A DNA stretch of 64,000 nucleotides from positions 240,374,001 to 240,438,000 of the forward strand of contig OZ024740.1 in NCBI GenBank assembly GCA_964016885.1, read 5' to 3'. Of the stretch, positions 54,322 to 64,000 are shown piece after piece. Each line of letters begins with the position of its first letter. The first letter of the stretch is position 1. The stretch is from Eledone cirrhosa (Eukaryota). Position numbers and translations under genes: made by a program. The notes beneath the pieces were generated by a model, which was given only the letters and a program-made list of their open reading frames with translations, was not told the origin of the DNA and ran no database searches.

Positions 54322-54853
54322 TATATGTATAGGAATGTGTGCTTAAAATATTATGGCGTTTAGAACATTAAAAAGTAACGTGTTTGCCCACTTAATGCAG
54401 GTGGGTAGAGTGTAAATGTTATTTTCTATGTAGAAATTTACCTGTGAATACAATGTTTCATCTTGTTCACTTCATATACCTGCTGCTCAAATGAAGCGAG
54501 CAAGCTAAAACTTCAGCGTCGTTCTCACTTTTCTAATTAGAAAATATGCGGGTGGGTGAATATTATTTAGCAAAAAAAACAAAACAACAGTACAAACAAA
54601 TAGAAAACGGAGTATTCAATATGAAATGTTGAGCTCTGTTATATCTATTGGAACCTGGCTTTTCATTAATCGATAACACAAGTTTTTCGTATCCTATCTT
54701 CTGTCCGAACATTAGAAACGAGGAACACGGAGTAAGATTATTTGAAAGTGTCTGCTTCCAATATATATGTATGTAAAAGGTAAACAGAAATAACAACACA
54801 ATCAGTACAGTATATGGAAGGGTTATATTAGGTTAACGCTTTATATAAGAGGG

Positions 54854-54889
54854 TCTTAACGTTTCGGGCGCTAGTCCTTCATCAGAAGA
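54854..54889 (-). ncRNA. Hammerhead motif, family A, intact core
   Basis: tctt-CTGATGA-aggactagcgccc-GAAA-cg-TT-aaga. Confidence 0.7.
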
Positions 54890-55920
54890 AAGAATGAGAA
54901 ATAAAGTAGATTGAGGGGACGGGCGGGTAGGAATTGGAAAAAATGTCTTCGACTTAAAAATGTGATATATATATATATATATATATATAATCTGAATTTT
55001 TTTAAAGTTATATTACACAGAAACGATCGTCCGGGAAGGCGATATTTACATCTATCTCTAACTAAAACACAGCCAACTGTCTACAGTAAACTATATGTAT
55101 GCACTCTGAACAGTTGACTGCAGCTGCATAACTGCAATTCGCCAGATTCATTGAGTGAGCTAGACGCTGGCCGAGGGACGCTGAATTTATACCAGCGATC
55201 TTCGTTACTTTTGTTATATATATATATATATGAATATAGGGCAGTGCCCCAGCATGAGCGGTGCTCCATCATGGCCTCAGCCGGATGGCTGGAACAGGTA
55301 AAAGAGTAAAGATATATATATCTATTGGCCAGTTAATTTTATCGATTGTTTTGGGTTTATTCTATTGACTGTTGGATAGCTTTGTTATATTTAACCACTC
55401 TGTCGAGAGCTTTATTCGATTTGTGATATTTTGCATTTTCGCAATATTATACACAACTGAATTCATTCGCCTAATATAGGTGTTGCCTCCCTTGCTGAAC
55501 CCCACGTGGGGTCAGTTACAGACACATCTATGTGGACATTCGAACTGAATCCCGTTGACAACGCGTACTCCCAGTTCGGTCAGAATACCAGAAGCCTAAC
55601 ATCCTTTATGTAAGTGGACAGTAAATGACTTATGGAGCCGCAGAAACCCAAATACTGGATTTTACCATCTTTCCAGGGGTCCGGGTAAATTTTCAACCAT
55701 GTATATTTTTATATATTTTTATATTTGTATATCTGTTTGACCCGAATTAGGCGGTCGATTTTTCGCTGTGCGTATGATTAGTTTAACCACCATCTCAGTG
55801 TGTTTGGCCTTTAATGTAAGTTGTAAGCTCTAATTCATATGAATTATCGAGCGCTTGCCACACAACTCGGAAGTGTTTTTCGTTATTCCTAAGCTGAAAT
55901 TCGATTCTCGCTAATTTTTA

Positions 55921-55952
<32 letters not shown>

Positions 55953-55957
<5 letters not shown>

Positions 55958-56172
55958 TAAAATAACAGATTAAAGTTTAAGCAAAGAATCGCTGCTTTCG
56001 CTCTTAGCGGGATCTTCAGAAGATCCCGTTAAGGGTGAAAGCAGCGATTCTTTGCTTAAACTTTAATCTGTTATTTTAATAAATATTTGCTCTACGGTTC
56101 TTATATATTTGATATATATTTATCCTTATCGAGCCCTCTTTGGATTTTAGTCTTCAAATTTATTATTATTAC
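55953..56172. repeat. Family C fold-back module in (TA)n with CAGAAGA hammerhead-like core
   Basis: Arms ~55953-56017 and ~56019-56084; homologous to 39215-39362 and 57530-57790. Confidence 0.8.
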
Positions 56173-56357
56173 TATATATATATATATATAATATGTTGAA
56201 AAGGTAACACACCAGAGAGAGATACACAGTGGGCTATCAATAAAACAAGGGAAAAACCACCAGTGTATGGAATCTATAACCTATGAAAGGCCGACTATAT
56301 ACACGATAATTAAAAATATAAATTAAAGCGTAAATAAATACCTCTATAACTATATAA

Positions 56358-56435
56358 CACACGTACAAATCCAAAGAGATGTTTCGCCAGTAATTTGTTG
56401 ACAGAAATGGAATAACCTTGGTTCATCAGCGCGTG
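56358..56435 (-). ncRNA. Type I hammerhead ribozyme candidate
   Basis: cacgcg-CTGATGA-acca...tggc-GAAA-ca...tg-TA-cgtgtg. Confidence 0.65.
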
Positions 56436-56531
56436 CAAGGCTATACATTTCAGACAACACTAAGGGAATTTTAAAAGTGACTGTCCAGCTACACGTGGGA
56501 GAGAGAAGTCACAGCGCGCGCGCGCGTGCGC

Positions 56532-56653
<122 letters not shown>

Positions 56654-57073
56654 GCAAGTGTAGCACCAAGAAAAATATAGACATATATATATGTGTGTGT
56701 GTGAGAGAGAGATATATGTATGTGCGTGCGTATGTGTATGTGTGTATGTGCGTGTACGTGTGTGTATGCGTGTGTGTTTGTGTGTATGTATGTATGCATA
56801 TATACGAATGTCTGCATGTAAGCATACATGCATAATATGTATGTATGTTTGTATGTATGCATGTATGAACACATACATGTATGTATACATATGTTTGTCC
56901 GCTCGTGTGAGTTTGTGTATGTTTAAGCATATGTATATACAAACATCAACATTTATATCTTTATACACCAATTTTTCGTTTCCGGTCCCTCTGTAAACGA
57001 ATAGTATAATGTATATTTAAGATAAATCTAATATGGATATTATACTTACATTAACTTATCTTATATATATATA

Positions 57074-57169
57074 TAGGGTATCCCAAAAATGTGTACATAC
57101 TTTAACAGTATTCTAATAAATATTGCCTGTAGAGGTAATCAAAGTGTGTATGCATTTTTGTGGGACACC

Positions 57170-57172
<3 letters not shown>
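57074..57172. mobile_element. Tc1/mariner-type MITE copy
   Basis: Homologous to 9863-9964. Confidence 0.75.
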
Positions 57173-57226
<54 letters not shown>

Positions 57227-57298
57227 GTGTTTCCGTAGAAAAGGTAAAGGAGAGGAGAGTGCTCTCTGTAGGCTACAGAGCTATTTAGTTATTATTCC

Positions 57299-57531
<233 letters not shown>

Positions 57532-57628
57532 TAATAATAAATACAAAGACCAAAATCCAACGAGGATGCGATAAGGGTTGTATATATATATTATATATAT
57601 ATATATATTATATATATATATATATACA

Positions 57629-57790
57629 ACCCTAGGCGGTTTCATCTGAAACAGTTTCAGTGAATTCTGTTCAGGATGAAAGCAGAAATTTATTGCTTTC
57701 ATCCTGAGCGGAATCCACTAAAACTGTTTCAGATGAAACCGCCTAGGGTGAAGGTAGAAATTTATTGCTTAAACTTTTAATCTGTACTAA
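57629..57790. repeat. Family C-related hairpin (~55-bp arms) with CAGATGA hammerhead-like core at 57726-57774
   Basis: accctaggcggtttcatctgaaacagttt ... aaactgtttcagatgaaaccgcctagggt. Confidence 0.75.
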
Positions 57791-57797
57791 TAATAAT

Positions 57798-57925
<128 letters not shown>

Positions 57926-58038
57926 AGTTCCACATGTTCTCGGTAATGGTGAACTAACTGTTGTTGAGCTACTTCTACCAAACTCGTCCCATGGACTGAA
58001 TGCTCTACAACTACGGATATAACCCCCGAGTGTTCTAC

Positions 58039-58083
<45 letters not shown>

Positions 58084-58179
58084 AACAACTTACTTGTTCC
58101 TATTACCCACTCTACTACCCTAAGTATTGAGTACTTTGGTGCGTTATGGTCCACCTGGTTCCTTACCACATTTCCTTCG

Positions 58180-58229
<50 letters not shown>

Positions 58230-59069
58230 CTTTTTTATACAGATTATAAGGCCCCTGAAAATAAACAATTATAATCACCTTTTTGTTATTCATTTCATAT
58301 AGAGAAAAAATAAAAGAGTTTGACTTTACAAATTATTGTCCGTTCATCAGACTGCTATGCTTCTGCCTACAGGAAAAAACATCTCAAGTTGAGCCCGGAA
58401 GCTCATCAGCTCGGGACTTAACCCGGTTTCCGTGGCGTGAAGCTGGTATGAATTTTCAGCTGAGTATACTGGAGCAACATGAAATAAAATGTTTTGCTCA
58501 AAGACACAAGACACAACCCAGTACAGGAATCGAACCCGCGACATTATGATCGTGAGTCCAACACATTTACCACTAGGCCACGCACCTCCACACAGAAGGA
58601 ATATATCGCAGTCTAAATGCTCAAATGCTCAATCTAATTTGTCTGACGTGCATTCGTTTAGCAACTTAATTAAATATAACATAAATATTTATACACAGCA
58701 TATATTAGATCTAAGAGAAATTTAATGTAGATATAATAACAGTATACTTTTTAATCATAACCTCGCTATGAAAATAAACGTGGTTTTTTTTCAGTATTCG
58801 GAATGAACAGAAAAAGTTGGGTGAAACAAAAATGAGTGCTGCAGTAGAATTTATGTCTGTCTGTGTGTGTGTGTGAGAGAGAGAAAGTGAATGTGTGTGT
58901 GTGTGTATGTGTGTGTGTGTGTATCCATCTGATATTGACAGATGTGTGAATGAGTACACAGTATCGAACTCCTATGATCTTGTGAGTACACAGGTAAAAC
59001 TTCAGAATAACAAGACTCATCACTTAGCCATAATAAAGAATATTACTTACTGTGTGTGAGTGTATTTAT

Positions 59070-59106
<37 letters not shown>

Positions 59107-59799
59107 AAAAGGTAAACAGAAATAACAGAACCGGTACTGTATATGGGAGGAGTATATTAGGTTAACGATACATACTTATATATTTATATTTGTGTGTGAG
59201 AGAGAGAGAAAGAAAGTAAAAGCATTGTAGTTCATAATTTTATATAATTTTATTTTTCTAATGTAACTTTATATAACTCCAGAGTTTAACATTATACTGC
59301 ATGAAATCAATTCCATTTCATGAGTCAATAATTGAAACTCTACACCAGGTATTCTGAAACTATAGATATAATTTAAAGCTAAGAAAGTCCCTACTAGTGC
59401 TTAAGCATCTTGAAAAATGTGTTATTCATAATTTTGTTATACTCATGTATAAGTAATAAAACATGGAAGCAATAATTTTCTATATTTTTAACTTCAAAGC
59501 ATAGATTTATTTTTAACTTTGCACGCCAAATCCGCCAGTAATTTTGTTTGATTTCCAGTGCGCCACGAGTTCAAAACGATTGAGAACATCTGATCTTAAC
59601 TGTTTCTCGACATGCTAAAGATTACAACTAAATATCGCTCAGACCACGCAGTATCGTCTTCTAAAAAATAGTGGGAAAATATTGGAAAAGTATTCACACT
59701 ACATGAAAAAAAAACGATGAATTGTTCACAGCTGGAATACTTTCGATCGTCATACGCTCTCTCAACCAGAGCTGATTCGTGGCTAAACACCACCGCCAT

Positions 59800-59974
59800 C
59801 AGTGCTAGATTTAGGACAAATGAGGCTTTGTGCTAGTTAAGTTATGAGGACCCAAACATTTGAAAAATTCATCGTAAAAAAGATTTTGGCAGGAAGATGC
59901 ACACACACACCCCTCTCCGGCCAACGAGGCCCTGTGCTTAAGCACACCCAAGCACAATGGTAAATCCGGCACTG
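59800..59974. mobile_element. hAT-type MITE
   Basis: TIRs cagtgctagattta / taaatccggcactg; imperfect 8-bp TSD accgccat / accaccag. Confidence 0.7.
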
Positions 59975-62436
59975 ACCACCAGCACCAACAACAACATCAA
60001 CAACATGACGTTTACTGCAATCACTATTAAACCGTGGTTTTATATATCAAATCCTTAAACATGTTGAGGTAAGATCTGAAGATTTATAATGATGATGGCA
60101 CCAAGTAATCCATAGATGAGTTTGTAGAAGAGTTGGGTTAGTTCACTTACCCTAAGGAGTATAGAATGATAAGCTAAGGGATATTTAAAAGTTACTAGAA
60201 CAGCATTGGATGAAATAGTAAAATAGATTAGCAGAGAATGATGAATAGAAATATATATGGGTTAGATAGATTTTAGTAAGATTGAAGTGAATTTTAACAA
60301 AAACATTACTGTCTGCTGCATTGATAACTGATAATTCTTGTGTTAAGTTGCGGTAGTGTCCCGTATGTGTGGGCACTTCTGCAATGTGGACAGCTGTTCA
60401 AAGAGGCATCTTAGTCTTTGTGCAGTTTAAGCAATGCTATATATATGTGGTTGCTATTAGAAACCACCAGAAATTGTGGTGGTTTTAGTGTTGTGCTGTT
60501 CTTGACTAGACAAAGAGAGTTATAAGACCTTGATATATATGTAGGGATTGTATCTTTGTGCTGTTAAGAGACTAAGTTTTATGTCTATATTTAAAGATAT
60601 TTTTATGAGTTTCGTGGACGTAATGTGTTTGGTGTTAGGTATTTGGATTGCATGTCAAGGAATGGAGCAGTATTCGTGACTCTTTTTAGCGCTTCCGCGA
60701 CTGGTGGAAGAGACGAAGGTTCCGCAAAGCAGAGACATGGCCCGAATGCTTGCAACAAAATATACTCCAAGGACCATGGGGTGGTGTTAAGCTGGACGAC
60801 GGTTTAAGACTAACACACATGAAGGCCACAGTAGTATTTGAATACAGAACGTAAAGAGCCGGAACAAATGCCACAAGGCAATCCATGCGATATTCTAGCT
60901 ATTCCGTCAAACTACTATTCTGAACTAGTGCTTTATTTTATTGAACCTGAAAGGATGAAAAATGAAGTTAACTTCAGTAGGGTCTGAGTGCTGAGAGAGA
61001 AAAAATAACGCAATGTATTTTGTGCTACGTTCTAACTACTCTGCCAATTCGCTTATGTCAGGAATGGTCGAAGACTTTCCTGGAGTGAAAGATGATAACT
61101 TTGCTTTCACCAAAGTACTCACCACTGCTGTGTAACATCTCCAGCAGACTTGAATATAGAGAAACCGCACTTGTGGTCACTTCGAAGTTAAGGAAATTAT
61201 CGTTTATGACTTTTTCCGCACCAATGGGTTGTTGTTGTTGTTATTGTTACACAGATCATTGCTTACCGAGTAGACCTGTGATCAACGATGTCCCGCCATG
61301 TCTACCATGTTTACATATATATATATATGTATAGTATACCTAAGGCTATCTTATATGGTGTATTATTTGATGATTTTTAAGGCAGTATGATGTGATTCAG
61401 TAGAGATTTAGGTACTATTTTTAGAAAGCTTGAAGAGAACGTAAGGCTTCCTCTAAAATTTGAAGTTATAGGCAAGAAAGATACACTCAGTGTTCCATAG
61501 GTTGTGGTCGGCACTGGTAAAAGTAATAGCCAGAAGAGTTTGAAGTAGATACGACCTAGCTTTATGACAAACAAATTCATTTAAACTGTAATCTTTGTTT
61601 AAGGTGTAATAAGTCTATGACCGCACTATACTGGATGTAATGTTCCTTTATTTTTAAAGATAGTATGGTGTGATTTGAAGAAGATTTGGCTGCTTTTTCA
61701 GTAAAGGTTCTCTTGATTAACTCATTTAAATCTATGGCTTCTTCCCGTACAAATGTTAAGCTTATCCTTCATAACGTTGAAGTAACTTGTGCACAAATAT
61801 AGTAATTAGATAGTAGTAATTACATAGCGTATAACATGCAGCTGTATTCTATATTATTTTTGCCATATTAATCTCTATTAAACAAATGAGAGCTATTTGG
61901 AAAATCAGTATCTTGAATCTCAAATTTCACTTATCTAGCATAGTGCTGGGAATTGAGTTAGCCCTCACCATCAATTATCTGTAGGTGAATTCAGTCTTCG
62001 GATAGAAGATTTGCTTGCTTTGAAGTTGTCATAAGTGTGTGTGTGTGCGTGTGTGTGTGCGTGTGCGTGTGCGTGTCTGTGTGTGTGTATGTGAAAAGAC
62101 AGACAAAGATTGTTCGTGTTAATTTCCTTACAAATTACAACCAAAACGGATGCTTTTGATTTCTTGGCTATTGTCGGTAACTTTTCTCCTTCAATTTATT
62201 TTTATATGCTTTTCTTTCTTAAAATTCTTTAATTCCCCGGAGATGCCTTTTGCACAAAAATCATTTTAAACTGCCTAATTAGTAAGCGTTTTTCATTCAA
62301 AATCTTTAGCCTCTCAGTGATTCAAGTATCTGGTAGGTATGAGTAGGACTATACTTAACTGAAGAAATCTATTAAATCTGAAACATGTTCCGAGTTGTTA
62401 TATGTGTGTGTATATATATATATATGTGTGTGTGTA

Positions 62437-62515
<79 letters not shown>

Positions 62516-63111
62516 GTGTGTGTGTGTATATATATGTGTGTATTTATATATAAGGAAAGGTACTACATGCATACAAACATATAAGTGTATATATACTTTG
62601 TTACCTCAGACAGATTTTAGTTTATTTCAACAGAGAACACGGGTAACTTCTCATTGACTATTAATATACAAAGTCAGCTGATATCTGGTAAAATTTGATA
62701 GAAACTCTAGAGTACGTTAGAATTTATGAAATGTTGAATATTGCGTGTTTTAGTTTTAGATAGGTAAGGTAAAAGACCCTTAACGCTTGATGGAGTCTTA
62801 GGGACGCTGTTTCTGAACATTTGAACCTGGCGGAGTCCATCTCTCTCCAAGTCGGAACACAACTGATTTCTTCCAGAGAAAGAAACTGATAAAAAGTAAT
62901 AGAGAAAGAATCAAACCCATTGTTGGAACTTTATTCATCGACTCTGAAAGGACGACAGGCAAAGTTGACCTGGGCAGGATTTGAGCCCCAGAAAGAATGC
63001 CACAAAGCATTCTATTGACATTCTTATGGCTGGATTCATTATACTAATTATCCAAAGAATATACTGCTGTCAGATTTGAAATTGTTGTAGTTTCTCTTGT
63101 TGTTGTTGTTA

Positions 63112-63142
<31 letters not shown>

Positions 63143-63365
63143 AACCCTAAATCTACTCTGAAATGGGGTGTTAACGGCTGGAGCAGCCGTTAACACCCCA
63201 TCATATTTTCAGGTATAGTTTATCTAAGACTATATTACCCAATATAGCTTTCCACATTTTTAAGATAAAATATGACTTGAGTTATTCTCAAAGAATACTA
63301 GATCGATTTTTTTGTTCCAGATCAGCAATAATCGAGCTGCCGTATAATCAAAAGTATTCCAGACG

Positions 63366-63469
63366 TTAACATACGTCAATTTTGCAATCTGTTACTACAC
63401 TGTATAGTAACAGTGTAGTACACAGTGTAGTACACAGTGTAGTAACAGATTGCAAAACTGACGGGATGT

Positions 63470-63471
<2 letters not shown>
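63366..63471. repeat. Hairpin with internal 13-bp tandem copies (acagtgtagta)
   Basis: ttaacatacgtcaattttgcaatctgttactacactgt vs acagtgtagtaacagattgcaaaactgacgggatgttaa. Confidence 0.8.
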
Positions 63472-63511
<40 letters not shown>

Positions 63512-63513
63512 GT

Positions 63514-63584
<71 letters not shown>

Positions 63585-63661
63585 TCATGTCGGGAACAAT
63601 TTTGAATAGCGCCAGTTCGTAATTTGAACTCGGGAATTTTATATTCTCCGAGTGAAAAGAT

Positions 63662-63746
63662 CCTTCTGACGAGAGTTTATCTTTGAAATGGAAGGCCGCA
63701 AGGACAGTCCATTTATTTTTGAGACTCGAAACCGATTCGGTAAAGG
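63662..63746 (+). ncRNA. Type I hammerhead ribozyme, intact core, extended stem II
   Basis: cctt-CTGACGA-gagtt...gactc-GAAA-ccg att cgg-TA-aagg. Confidence 0.85.
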
Positions 63747-63812
63747 TAACCATAGTGAGTACAGTTAATTTTTTAAAATTTATTTTGAAACTTTTTCTTA
63801 TTTGCTAAACCT

Positions 63813-64000
<188 letters not shown>

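Overview
Eukaryotic, AT-rich, microsatellite-saturated non-coding DNA with a 200-N assembly gap at 26148-26347. The SINE and repeat content resembles a coleoid cephalopod (Octopus-like) genome; that assignment is inferred, not proven. I can support no host protein-coding gene, and most ORF-track entries are translations of simple repeats. The real coding signal is transposon-derived: a mariner pseudogene, four copies of a Tx1/L1-type LINE, a CRE-type LINE with a PHD-like N-terminus, two large Penelope-like elements (PLE; RT + GIY-YIG) plus a decayed one, RTE LINE fragments and a Helitron helicase 3' end. Several MITEs and many tRNA-derived SINEs are also present. The most striking patterns: (1) over a dozen type I hammerhead-ribozyme folds from several unrelated families, mostly in short, often fold-back modules sitting in (TA)n tracts; (2) all four Tx1 copies are bounded by GATA repeats on both sides, in the same orientation; (3) a complete tRNA-like cloverleaf with a Pol III terminator forms the loop of a ~250-bp fold-back element; (4) a SINE family whose TSDs all start with ATTA. 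All folds and alignments were read by eye and need computational confirmation.
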